A stretch of DNA of 64,000 nucleotides from an uncultured bacterium (GTDB lineage Bacteria > Krumholzibacteriota > Krumholzibacteriia > LZORAL124-64-63). This document shows, piece after piece, positions 11,219 through 19,607 of the stretch (position 1 is the stretch's first letter; each line of letters opens with the position of its first letter). The notes beneath the pieces are model-generated. The model worked only from the letters and a program-made list of their open reading frames with translations. It made no database searches and had not been told where the DNA came from. The stretch is from assembly GCA_963727525.1 (NCBI GenBank), contig CAVSGO010000007.1, positions 1,216,001-1,280,000 of the forward strand. The letters are read 5' to 3'. Made by a program: the position numbers and the translations under genes.

Positions 11219-12159
11219 GGCGAGCTCCTTGCGGCCGGGGCCAGAACGCGAACCGCGCGCAGCTTGGCGCTGCGCGCGCGTGGATTTTCGGCGATCTCCG
11301 CCGCACCGGGTGTCACGGGGCGGCGCGTGAGCGGCTCGAGCGTGCGCGTGTGTCCGCAGATGCACACCGGCACCGACGGTGGGCACAGACAGTCGCGCCG
11401 CTCGCGATCGATCCAGCGCTTGACGATGCGATCCTCGAGCGAGTGGTAGGCGATGACGACGACGCGCGCGCCGCCGCCAAGCAGCGCGGGCAGGGCATCG
11501 AGGGTGTCGGCGAGGGCCCCCAGCTCGTCGTTGACGGCGATGCGCAGGGCCTGGAACACGCGGCTGAGCACGGCGTTGACGGGCGCCCCCCTGGGGAGCG
11601 CCGTGGTCACGACCTCGCGCAACTGCGCCGTGGTGCGGATCGGCTCCGTCCGACCCGCACCCTTGATGGCCCTTGCCAGTGGCCGCGCTCCGCGCTCCTC
11701 TCCGTATTCTTGCAGGATCCTGGTGAGTGCCATCTCGTCCAGTTCCTCGAGCAGAGCGTGAGCGGGCTGGCCTCGATGCTGGTGGAAGCGCAAGTCCAGC
11801 GGGCCGTCGGCGCGATACGTGAACCCCTTCGTGGGATCGTCGAGCTGCCGCGAGCTGACACCCAGATCCAGCAACAGACCATCCGCACCCTGCCAGTGCG
11901 TATCCGCCAGCGCCTGCGCGATCTGGCGGAAACTCCCATGCCAGCAGTTCAGCCCGGAGCGGTCGGCCGAGATCCGTCTGCATGACGCGACCGCTTCCTC
12001 GTCGAGGTCCAGTCCCAGGACGGTGGCTCCGGCGTCCAGCAGCGCCTGGCTGTGCCCGCCGAATCCGAAGGTCCCGTCGACGATCCGCTTGCCCGGTCCC
12101 GGCTCGAGCCAGCCGAGGACCTCATCCGTGAGCACCGGGACATGCAGCGGCTCGTTCAT
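11215..12159 (-). CDS. rsmH: 16S rRNA m4C1402 methyltransferase
   Basis: HVPVL, DGTFGFGGHS, DLGVSSRQLD, FQALRIAVNDEL, NPRARSAKLR. Confidence 0.96.
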   Translation of the reverse strand: MNEPLHVPVLTDEVLGWLEPGPGKRIVDGTFGFGGHSQALLDAGATVLGLDLDEEAVASCRRISADRSGLNCWHGSFRQIAQALADTHWQGADGLLLDLGVSSRQLDDPTKGFTYRADGPLDLRFHQHRGQPAHALLEELDEMALTRILQEYGEERGARPLARAIKGAGRTEPIRTTAQLREVVTTALPRGAPVNAVLSRVFQALRIAVNDELGALADTLDALPALLGGGARVVVIAYHSLEDRIVKRWIDRERRDCLCPPSVPVCICGHTRTLEPLTRRPVTPGAAEIAENPRARSAKLRAVRVLAPAARSSP

Positions 12160-12560
12160 GCCGACTGGACGGGCTGAGTGCCTGCCACCACCTTCCAACC
12201 TTGCGGCAACCACGTGCCGCGCTCGAGTTCGCGATCCCAGTCCTCCATGGCCAGGATCGCATCGAGATACGCGCTCCAACCGACGAGCCGCAGGCAGTGG
12301 CCGAAGGACCGGAGGCCCCGGCTCCAGCGGATCAGCGGCGAGACGCAGCGGTAGTCCATGTGCAGGAGACGCCGGCCGTCAAACACGAGCTGGCAGCTGC
12401 GCGCTGGCAACGCCAGGCTCACCTGGCGCATCAATTCCTGACAACCGTCACGATCGAGGATGCCGGCGAGGGAAACCCGGACCAGGTCGCCACGCTGATT
12501 GATGCGAAACACGAGAGCCCCTGCCTTCGCAGCGGCCGGCCGGATCTCACCTCGCGGCAT
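12156..12560 (-). CDS. STAS-domain (anti-sigma antagonist-like) protein
   Basis: VSLAGILD...LVFDGRRLLHMDYRCV...LRLVGWSAYLDAIL fits STAS pattern; GGAAGGAG SD; stop overlaps rsmH start. Confidence 0.7.
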   Translation of the reverse strand: MPRGEIRPAAAKAGALVFRINQRGDLVRVSLAGILDRDGCQELMRQVSLALPARSCQLVFDGRRLLHMDYRCVSPLIRWSRGLRSFGHCLRLVGWSAYLDAILAMEDWDRELERGTWLPQGWKVVAGTQPVQSA

Positions 12561-12598
12561 GTGGGCTCCTTCCCATGACGTCACCCCTCCATGGGCGA

Positions 12599-13048
12599 TC
12601 AACCGAAGAACGTATCCAGGTGCGCGGACGCCGGCGCGCCCAGCGTGGCCTCGACGATGGCGTAGCGCTCCGGATCCCAGAGCTCGATGTAGTGCCCCAT
12701 GCCGATGCACAGGACGCGGCCCGTCACGCCGACGGTCTGCAACAACTCGTTGGGCACCGCCACGCGCCCCTGGCTGTCGGGCACGATCAGCTGGCTCACC
12801 TTGCTGAGTCCGCGCAGCACCATGCGCTTGTCGCGTCCCGCCTCGCCCGTCTGCGCCACCTTGTCGAAGGCCGCGACGAAGGCATCCCGGGGCATGAGAT
12901 TCAGCGATCCATCGGGTCCCTTGGTGATCACGAATCCGTCGTCCTTTGCGGCCTTCGCACCCCGGCGCAGCTTGAACGGCAGGTTGAACCGCCCCTTGGG
13001 GTCCACCGCGCGCTCGTAGGAGCCGAAGTATGTGGATTCGCTCATCAT
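12599..13048 (-). CDS. mraZ: dcw transcriptional regulator MraZ
   Basis: Two DxxGR repeats (DPKGR, DSQGR), IELWD; first gene of dcw cluster. Confidence 0.93.
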   Translation of the reverse strand: MMSESTYFGSYERAVDPKGRFNLPFKLRRGAKAAKDDGFVITKGPDGSLNLMPRDAFVAAFDKVAQTGEAGRDKRMVLRGLSKVSQLIVPDSQGRVAVPNELLQTVGVTGRVLCIGMGHYIELWDPERYAIVEATLGAPASAHLDTFFG

Positions 13049-13063
13049 CGAAACCTGTTTTCA

Positions 13064-13097
13064 CCAATCTTCACCATAAGACCCCACTGCCAACCAC
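13064..13097 (-). promoter_or_regulatory. MraZ-box array
   Basis: GTGG/GTGG/ATGG/TTGG at exact 10-nt spacing on minus strand just downstream of the -10. Confidence 0.75.
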
Positions 13098-13100
13098 TGG

Positions 13101-13129
13101 ACTGTAGTTCTTCCCCACCACAAAGTCAA
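13101..13129 (-). promoter_or_regulatory. Sigma70-type dcw promoter
   Basis: TTGACT-N17-TACAGT. Confidence 0.7.
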
Positions 13130-13140
13130 TAGGCTCGCGC

Positions 13141-13172
13141 AAAAAAAAGTGCGGTCCCTGTCCAGGGACCGC
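13141..13172 (-). terminator. Intrinsic terminator ending the glycosylation locus
   Basis: GCGGTCCCT-GGAC-AGGGACCGC stem-loop followed by AC and T8. Confidence 0.88.
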
Positions 13173-13212
13173 GATTCCGTCGCAAGATATTGTCCGATAA
13201 CGAATTATAACG

Positions 13213-14499
13213 TCAGAGCTTCAGGTCCCCCATCCGTGGTACCAGCAGATCGCGCCATGGCGCTTGCGTCACCGACCGGAAACGCACCAGCATGATCGTG
13301 CTACCGACGGCGTAGGCCACGCTCGACGCCCAGGCGGCCCCCACGGCGCCATGGGTCGGGATCCAGGCCAGACAGAGGGCAACGTTGGCCGCCACCGTCG
13401 CGGCGCTGGCCTGGGTATTCCAGCCCGACCGGCCGCGGCCGATGAAATCGCCCGCCAGCACCGCCCCCGGGGCGAAGCAGACGATGCCAGGCAGCAATGC
13501 GCGCAGAGGCGCGGCCGACGCCGCGTAACTGCCACGAAAGAGCCACCCGAACACGGGTCCAGCGAGCAACGCCACGAACACCGCCCCCACGGCCGTGAGC
13601 GTCAAGCCCAGGCGCACCGCGCGCGCGGCCGTGGCGTCGCGCACGTGCGGATCGCCGACGTCGGCCGAGGAATGCACGAGGAACGGATTGAGCGCCTCGG
13701 GCAGCATCCAGAGCATCTCCCCCGCCCACACCGCCACGCTATAGATCCCCACCGCCGCCGCGCCGTGATCGAACTCGAGGAAGCCCTGGTCCACGCGCAG
13801 GAGCAGGAGATACGCCACCGCCGAAAGCTGACCGAGCCAGCCGTGGCGCAGACACCAGCCCACGAGGCGCGGGATCGACGGCGCCGACGCGAACTCCGCA
13901 CGCCCGGACAGCGCGCGTACGGCGAGGATCGCGAGGGCGACCGCCGCCCCCACCTGCACCGCGGCGTACACGCCGATCGCCCCCCGCAGGTTGAGCGAAC
14001 CGACGAGGACGAGGACCGCCACACCAGCGAGCTGGGCGATGGCGCGGCCGGCGTTCACGATGGTGCCGGTCACGAGCCGACCGGTGGCCAGCAGGTCGTA
14101 GGTATGGATATCGAAGGCCACCAGTGCCAGCGTGGCCGCGGCCGTGGCGACGAGGCCGAAGCGATCCCACCCCAGGTGCCGCGTGATCCCGGACCAGGCG
14201 TGCCCCCGCTGCACGGCGAGCACGACCGCGGCGAGCACGAGTGCCAGCAGTCCGAGCCAGCACGCCTGCGCCACGAGCAGGCGCCGCGCGGGAAGCGTGC
14301 GCTGGCGTAGCGGCGGCACGGCGGCCAGGCCCATGCCGCCGTTGAGCAGGGCGGCGACGACCATGGCCACCATCATCGTGAGGCTGAAGTATCCCTGCCC
14401 CGCGGGACCGAGATGGCCCGCGAGCAGAACCACGACGAGTGCGCCCGCCGCCTTCTGCACGATGCGCCAGACGACGATGCGCGAACCCGTGCCGACCAT
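13213..14499 (-). CDS. Wzx/MOP-family oligosaccharide flippase
   Basis: Multi-TM; LGPAGQGYFS, LLLRVDQ, VGIYSVA, WIPTHGAVGAAWASSVAY; start 14499 or 14505. Confidence 0.8.
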   Translation of the reverse strand: MVGTGSRIVVWRIVQKAAGALVVVLLAGHLGPAGQGYFSLTMMVAMVVAALLNGGMGLAAVPPLRQRTLPARRLLVAQACWLGLLALVLAAVVLAVQRGHAWSGITRHLGWDRFGLVATAAATLALVAFDIHTYDLLATGRLVTGTIVNAGRAIAQLAGVAVLVLVGSLNLRGAIGVYAAVQVGAAVALAILAVRALSGRAEFASAPSIPRLVGWCLRHGWLGQLSAVAYLLLLRVDQGFLEFDHGAAAVGIYSVAVWAGEMLWMLPEALNPFLVHSSADVGDPHVRDATAARAVRLGLTLTAVGAVFVALLAGPVFGWLFRGSYAASAAPLRALLPGIVCFAPGAVLAGDFIGRGRSGWNTQASAATVAANVALCLAWIPTHGAVGAAWASSVAYAVGSTIMLVRFRSVTQAPWRDLLVPRMGDLKL

Positions 14500-14501
14500 T
14501 G

Positions 14502-15506
14502 TCACGGCCCACCCCGCAGCGTCCGCCGCATCGCCGCCGCCACGGTCCACAGCGGATGCGAGCGGCGGAGCTGGCAACGCACCTCCTCGGCCGCCCCCAT
14601 CAGGCGCTTGAACTGCCGCAGGCCGGTGCGCCCCGCGTAGCCGCCGAAGTCAAGGACCCGCGCGCCGCGTGCACATCCCTCGACGATGTCCTGCCAGTAG
14701 AGCAGGGTCGAGGGAAAGACCTCGCGCGCCAGATCCGGACGGCTCGCGCCGTAGAGCGCCGCGACGCGGTCGCGCCAGGCGATGCAGAAATGGCCGCCGA
14801 CGATCACTCCCCGCCGCCGCACCAGGGCGAAGAACGCGTGCTGTGAACGCTCGCGCAACAGGGCCTGCATGAACTCGAGCGGCACCGGCGCCTGCGCCCA
14901 GCTGGCGGCCACGTCCAGATAGATGGCATACCAGGCGGCGACGTCGTCGGGATCGGTGCTCGTGTGCAGTGTGCAGCCGCGTTTCAGCCCGCGATTGCGT
15001 TCGTTGCGGCGGTTATTCGAGAGCACGGTGCGCTCGATGTGGGCGAGGCCGCCCGAGAGATCGATCACGGCGGTAGCCACGTCTTCCCGTTGCCAGCCGG
15101 ACGCCGCCGGCACGAGCGCCGACTGCGCCGCACTCAGCGTCACCGCGGCGGTGATCGTGCGGCCGCGCACACTCGCGCCGCAGGCGTCGAGAAGGGCCCC
15201 GGCCACGCGCCTCCGTTCGGCCGGCGTCAGGTCGTCGCTCACCTGGGGGCCGGCCGGACTGCCCTCGAGGCCGCTCTCGAGCCGATCGAAACCGTGGCGA
15301 CGGCGGCTGAGCGCCACCAGCCCGCCCACGAGAGCGCCCTCGCGGTGGGCCGCCCACCAGCGCTGCGCGGCATGCGGGTAGTACCGGGCCGCGGCGTCGT
15401 TCCACCATGCGGACGCGGCGAAGTCGGTCGCCGCGACACCGTCGAGCCACGCATCCCAGCCCGCGGGCGCCGTACCGCCGCTCGTGACCGTGATCACCGC
15501 AGGCAT
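14502..15506 (-). CDS. GNAT/FemAB-like acyl- or aminoacyltransferase
   Basis: TAVIDL, RRNERNRGLKRG, LLYWQDIVEGCARGARVLDFGG, GLRQFKRLMGA. Confidence 0.7.
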   Translation of the reverse strand: MPAVITVTSGGTAPAGWDAWLDGVAATDFAASAWWNDAAARYYPHAAQRWWAAHREGALVGGLVALSRRRHGFDRLESGLEGSPAGPQVSDDLTPAERRRVAGALLDACGASVRGRTITAAVTLSAAQSALVPAASGWQREDVATAVIDLSGGLAHIERTVLSNNRRNERNRGLKRGCTLHTSTDPDDVAAWYAIYLDVAASWAQAPVPLEFMQALLRERSQHAFFALVRRRGVIVGGHFCIAWRDRVAALYGASRPDLAREVFPSTLLYWQDIVEGCARGARVLDFGGYAGRTGLRQFKRLMGAAEEVRCQLRRSHPLWTVAAAMRRTLRGGP

Positions 15507-16921
15507 GGTCGCTCGAGCAACGTGGCCAGAGCATCACGGACCCCGCGCCGGTCGCCCAGCGCCGCGAGGTCGAGTAGGTGCGGCATCAGGCGGGCCGCCG
15601 CGTCGGGATCACCGGTGCGGCAACGCGCCTGGTTGATCAGCGGGTTGGCGCTGGTCTCGAGCACCTCGCCGGGATCCAGCAACGACTCGTGGCACTTCTC
15701 GCCGGGCCGCAGGCCCACGATCTCGATCCCGGGTCCGAGATCGTCGTTCTCCACGTCGAATCCCGACAGCGCGAGCAGCGTGCGCGCCAGTTCCAGGATC
15801 GACACCGGGTCGCCCATTTCGAGGATGTACGTAGCACCCGCCTCGCCCAGGACCATGGCCTCGAGGACCAGAAGCGCCGCTTCCTTGATGGTCATGAAGT
15901 AACGCGTCATCTGCGGGTCCGTGATCGGCAACGGCAAGCCCTGAGCGATGCGCCGCTGGAAGAACGGCACCACCGAGCCGCGGCTGCCGAGCACATTGCC
16001 AAAGCGCACCGTCATGAAGCGCGTCGACCCGGGACCGGCCTGGGCATGCCGTACGAGAAGCTCTGCGAGCTTCTTCGTGGCGCCCATGATGCTCTGCGGC
16101 GCGACCGCCTTGTCGGTGCTCACCATCACGAAGCGCTCGGCGACGACCTCCCGCGCGAACGCGATGAGATTGGCCGTGCCGCCGCCGTTGACGACCACGG
16201 CCTCCTCGGGATTCGCCTCCATCAGGGGCACGTGCTTGTGGGCCGCGGCGTGCAGAATGAGCTGCGGGCGGTGCCGCTGCGCGAGCACAGTGAGACGGGC
16301 CGCGTCGCGCACGTCGCACACCACCGTCGTGAGCCGGGTCTTGCCGGCGCGCGGCGCCAGCTCGCCGTGGATCTCGAAGAGGCTGTTTTCGCCGCGGCCG
16401 AGCAAGATGAGTTCCTGCGGCTGCAGTGTCAGGAGCTGGCGGCACAGCTCGCCACCGATCGATCCGCCAGCACCGGTCACGAGTACGGTGCGCCCCTCCA
16501 CAACGTCGCGCGCCGGACCGGTCTGGAAGGTCACCGTCTCGCGGCCGAGCAGATCCTCGGGCGCGATGGGGCGCACCTGCTGGAAGCTGACGTCGCCCTC
16601 GATGATGGCGCGCAGGCCAGGCACGATGCGAAAGGGCAGCTTCGCGCGCCGGCACAGCATGAGCAAGCGGCGGATGAGCGCCCCGCGCGCACTCGGGATG
16701 GCCAGCAGGATCTCCTGCGCGCTGACCGCGCGGGCCGCGTCCACCAGGTGGGTCGTATCGCCGACCACCGGCAGCCCGACCACTTCCTTCCCCAGCAGGG
16801 CGGCATCGTCGTCGACGAAACCGACCGGCTCGACGGCCAGATCCTGTTCGCGGATCTGCCGCACCAGCGAGCGTCCGGCCTCGCCGGCGCCGACGATGAG
16901 CAAGCGCGCCTTGGTGGTCAA
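15494..16921 (-). CDS. CapD/PglF-family nucleotide-sugar 4,6-dehydratase, lacking N-terminal TM region
   Basis: GAGEAG, EDLLGRE, VTGAGGSIGGELCRQ, HAAAHKHVP, STDKAV, MGATK, RFGNVLGSRGSV; TTG start overlaps upstream stop. Confidence 0.88.
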   Translation of the reverse strand: MTTKARLLIVGAGEAGRSLVRQIREQDLAVEPVGFVDDDAALLGKEVVGLPVVGDTTHLVDAARAVSAQEILLAIPSARGALIRRLLMLCRRAKLPFRIVPGLRAIIEGDVSFQQVRPIAPEDLLGRETVTFQTGPARDVVEGRTVLVTGAGGSIGGELCRQLLTLQPQELILLGRGENSLFEIHGELAPRAGKTRLTTVVCDVRDAARLTVLAQRHRPQLILHAAAHKHVPLMEANPEEAVVVNGGGTANLIAFAREVVAERFVMVSTDKAVAPQSIMGATKKLAELLVRHAQAGPGSTRFMTVRFGNVLGSRGSVVPFFQRRIAQGLPLPITDPQMTRYFMTIKEAALLVLEAMVLGEAGATYILEMGDPVSILELARTLLALSGFDVENDDLGPGIEIVGLRPGEKCHESLLDPGEVLETSANPLINQARCRTGDPDAAARLMPHLLDLAALGDRRGVRDALATLLERPCLR

Positions 16922-18891
16922 CGAGCGTCCTTTCCCGATTCGCGACTGCCGCCGGGCTGGAACCAGAGCGTCCGCCAGGTAGATCCGCGTCCGCCCGCCC
17001 AGGCGCCGGTGAGTCCCGGCGGCGCCGAGATCGCGTTCCAGAACGGATCGGCGTCCCAGGCGTTCGGCCGCGGCCCCACGAGGGACACGTGCCCCCGCAA
17101 CAGTGCGACGACCAGCGGCCACTGCCTCCAGAGGGGCAAGATGCGCCCATCCCGGCCGGTCGCAATCGTGACCCGGAGATTATGCCCGCCCGCGCCGCGC
17201 CAGTCGATGATTTCCCGCCCCGAATGACCGCGCGACCAGACCGCCACCACCGCCAGGGCCGCCCCCACGACCAGCCCCAGCACCCTCAGGCCGGCGCGAC
17301 GCAGAGTCTGTCCATCGTCCGGGTCGAGCACGCCGCTCACGTCCGCACCGAAAGTCTCCGCCCGGGCCCCGGCCTCGAGCATCCAGGCTTCGTCGATGCG
17401 CCAACGCAGTCGGATGCGCGCGCGGCGCAGCTGCGCGAGCTCGGCCGCATCGCCCCGGGGAGCCTGCCAGAACACGACCTGGGACACCCGCAGCCGCTCG
17501 ACGAGTGCCGGCAGCTCCTGCACCGGCCCGAGCCACGGGATCTCCAGCTCCTGGTCCGTGACGGGCGCATCGGTCACGTAGCCCACGGGATCGATCCCCT
17601 CGCGGCGCGGGTCCGGACAGCCGCCCAACCACTGCTGGAGCTGCGCGGGCGTGGCCACGAGCAACGTGCGCTCCAGGGAGAAGTAGCCGCGCTCCATGCG
17701 ACGCCGCAGGCGGGTGAAGATCTGTTCACCCAGGATGGTCAGCCCGGTGAACAGCGCCAGGAAGAGCACGAGCACCGCGCGACTCACGACGTCCTGTCGA
17801 CCGAGGTACGGCGTCGCCAGCAGGAGCAGCCCCACGAGGCCCTGCTGCCGCACATACTCGCCCAGTCGCGTGAGTCGGCGCAGCCGCTCGCCCCGGTACC
17901 GCCCCAGGAGCAGGAACGTCACCGTCACGAGCAGGGCGGCGTACGCCAGGAAGCCGCGATACCAGGACAGCGGGAAGAGGGTCTCGGGAAACAATGGCTG
18001 GAACGCACGCCGCACCCCGTACGCAGTGAGGAAGGCGACGAGAAGCAGCACCATGTCCAGCAGCCAGAGCCCGATCTGGTCGAGCGGTTGCCGCCACTTC
18101 TTGAGCAGGTAGACGAGCACGCCCCACTTCTCGTAGAACGACATCAGGCTCGTCAGGTGCAGCCAGTAGCTGCGCGTCAGCGGGCCGCGCGCACTGGCGC
18201 GCCGGTGGCGGTGCACGAAACGCGCAGCGGGCGTGTAGACGACCTCATACCCGCAGCGCCACATGCGGTAGCACCAGTCGACGTCCTCGAAGTACAGGAA
18301 GAAGCGCTCGTCCATCGGTCCGCACCGCGCCAGCGCGTCGCGCCGCACCAGGAGGCAGCCGCCCAGCACCCAGTCCACCGGACGTTCGCTCAAATGGTCG
18401 AAGTCGCGCATGAGATGGCGACTCACCGTGCGGCTGCGGGGAACGACGCGTCCCAGCGGCGTCCGCCGCAGCAGCAGCGTGCGCAGGGTGTAGAAGCGCC
18501 GACACGACTCCTGCACGCTGCCGTCGTCGTTGAGCAGTTGCGGACCGATGATGCCGGCGCGCGGCCGTGCGGCGGCGAAGGCCACGAGCGCGTCGAGCGA
18601 GCCCGGCAGCACCACGATGTCGGGATTCAGGATGAGGTAATAGTCGGCCGCCACCTGCGCGAGTCCCTGGTTGCACCCGCGCGCGTAGCCCCGGTTCTCG
18701 GTGTTCATGAGCCAGTGGCAGGCCGGAAAACGATCGCGCACACGATCGAGATCGGGGGCGGTGCTCGCGTTGTCCACGACGACGATCTCGTGGGCACACG
18801 CCGGCGCTTGCTCGTGCAGCGAGGCCAGGCATCGCTCGAGATCGTCGGGCGTGTTGTAATGAATGATCACGATGCCGAGCGTCACCGACAT
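16918..18891 (-). CDS. GT2 glycosyltransferase fused to TM region and degenerate sugar-transferase (PGT) domain
   Basis: VVDNAS, LILNPD, DERFFLYFEDVDWC; then about 4 TM, a Rossmann-like segment and SLVGPRP/PGLTG remnants. Confidence 0.8.
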   Translation of the reverse strand: MSVTLGIVIIHYNTPDDLERCLASLHEQAPACAHEIVVVDNASTAPDLDRVRDRFPACHWLMNTENRGYARGCNQGLAQVAADYYLILNPDIVVLPGSLDALVAFAAARPRAGIIGPQLLNDDGSVQESCRRFYTLRTLLLRRTPLGRVVPRSRTVSRHLMRDFDHLSERPVDWVLGGCLLVRRDALARCGPMDERFFLYFEDVDWCYRMWRCGYEVVYTPAARFVHRHRRASARGPLTRSYWLHLTSLMSFYEKWGVLVYLLKKWRQPLDQIGLWLLDMVLLLVAFLTAYGVRRAFQPLFPETLFPLSWYRGFLAYAALLVTVTFLLLGRYRGERLRRLTRLGEYVRQQGLVGLLLLATPYLGRQDVVSRAVLVLFLALFTGLTILGEQIFTRLRRRMERGYFSLERTLLVATPAQLQQWLGGCPDPRREGIDPVGYVTDAPVTDQELEIPWLGPVQELPALVERLRVSQVVFWQAPRGDAAELAQLRRARIRLRWRIDEAWMLEAGARAETFGADVSGVLDPDDGQTLRRAGLRVLGLVVGAALAVVAVWSRGHSGREIIDWRGAGGHNLRVTIATGRDGRILPLWRQWPLVVALLRGHVSLVGPRPNAWDADPFWNAISAPPGLTGAWAGGRGSTWRTLWFQPGGSRESGKDAR

Positions 18892-19607
18892 CACGGAATC
18901 TTCTTCAGCCGCAGGGCCCACACCACCCACGCCGCTTCCAAGATGATCCGTCGCGACATCTTGCTCATGCCGACCTGCCGATCGACGAAGAGTATCGGAA
19001 TCTCCTTGATGCGCATCCCGCGTTTCCACACGTGGTACGTCACCTCGATCTGGAAACTGTAGCCGTCGCTCTTGATCCGGTCGAGGGGCAGCGCCGCGAG
19101 GGTCGAGCGGCGGAAGCACTTGAAGCCGCCCGTGCAATCGCTGACCGGCAGGCCCGTGATCAAGCGCGCGTAGTGATTGGCGCCCACGCTGAGGATGAGC
19201 CGGCTCAGCGGCCAGTTCACCACCGTGATGCCATGCAGATAGCGGCTACCGAGCACGAGATCGTGGTCGGCGATCTCGCGCAGGAATTGGGGCAGCGCCG
19301 TGGGGTCGTGGCTATGATCGGCATCCATCTCGAAGATCACGTCGCATTCGGTGTTGGCCAGCACCCACTGGAAGCCGGCGATGTAGGCCTGTCCCAGGCC
19401 GGCCTTGCTGGGCCGCAGCAGTAGATGCAGCCGCGTGCCGAAGCCGGGCAGACCGCGCACCACGTCGGCCGTGCCATCGGGCGAGCTGTCGTCCACGACC
19501 AGCACGGCGAGCCGGGGATCCTGCGCGAGGATCTCGGGTACGATGCGCGCGATGTTCTCCGCCTCGTTGTAGGTCGGTACCACCACGATGGGCCGCATCT
19601 CACTCAT
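18891..19607 (-). CDS. Polyprenol-phosphate mannose synthase-like GT2 (DPM1/Ppm1 family)
   Basis: VPTYNEAENI, VDDSSPDGT, GLGQAYIAGF, EMDADHSH, DCTGGFKCFRR, GYSFQIE. Confidence 0.87.
   Translation of the reverse strand: MSEMRPIVVVPTYNEAENIARIVPEILAQDPRLAVLVVDDSSPDGTADVVRGLPGFGTRLHLLLRPSKAGLGQAYIAGFQWVLANTECDVIFEMDADHSHDPTALPQFLREIADHDLVLGSRYLHGITVVNWPLSRLILSVGANHYARLITGLPVSDCTGGFKCFRRSTLAALPLDRIKSDGYSFQIEVTYHVWKRGMRIKEIPILFVDRQVGMSKMSRRIILEAAWVVWALRLKKIP

Noticed and set aside
12561..12598. CCCATG...CATGGG hairpin and TGACGTCA palindrome between mraZ and the STAS gene
   Set aside because: Short and without a U-tract; indistinguishable from chance without comparative data.
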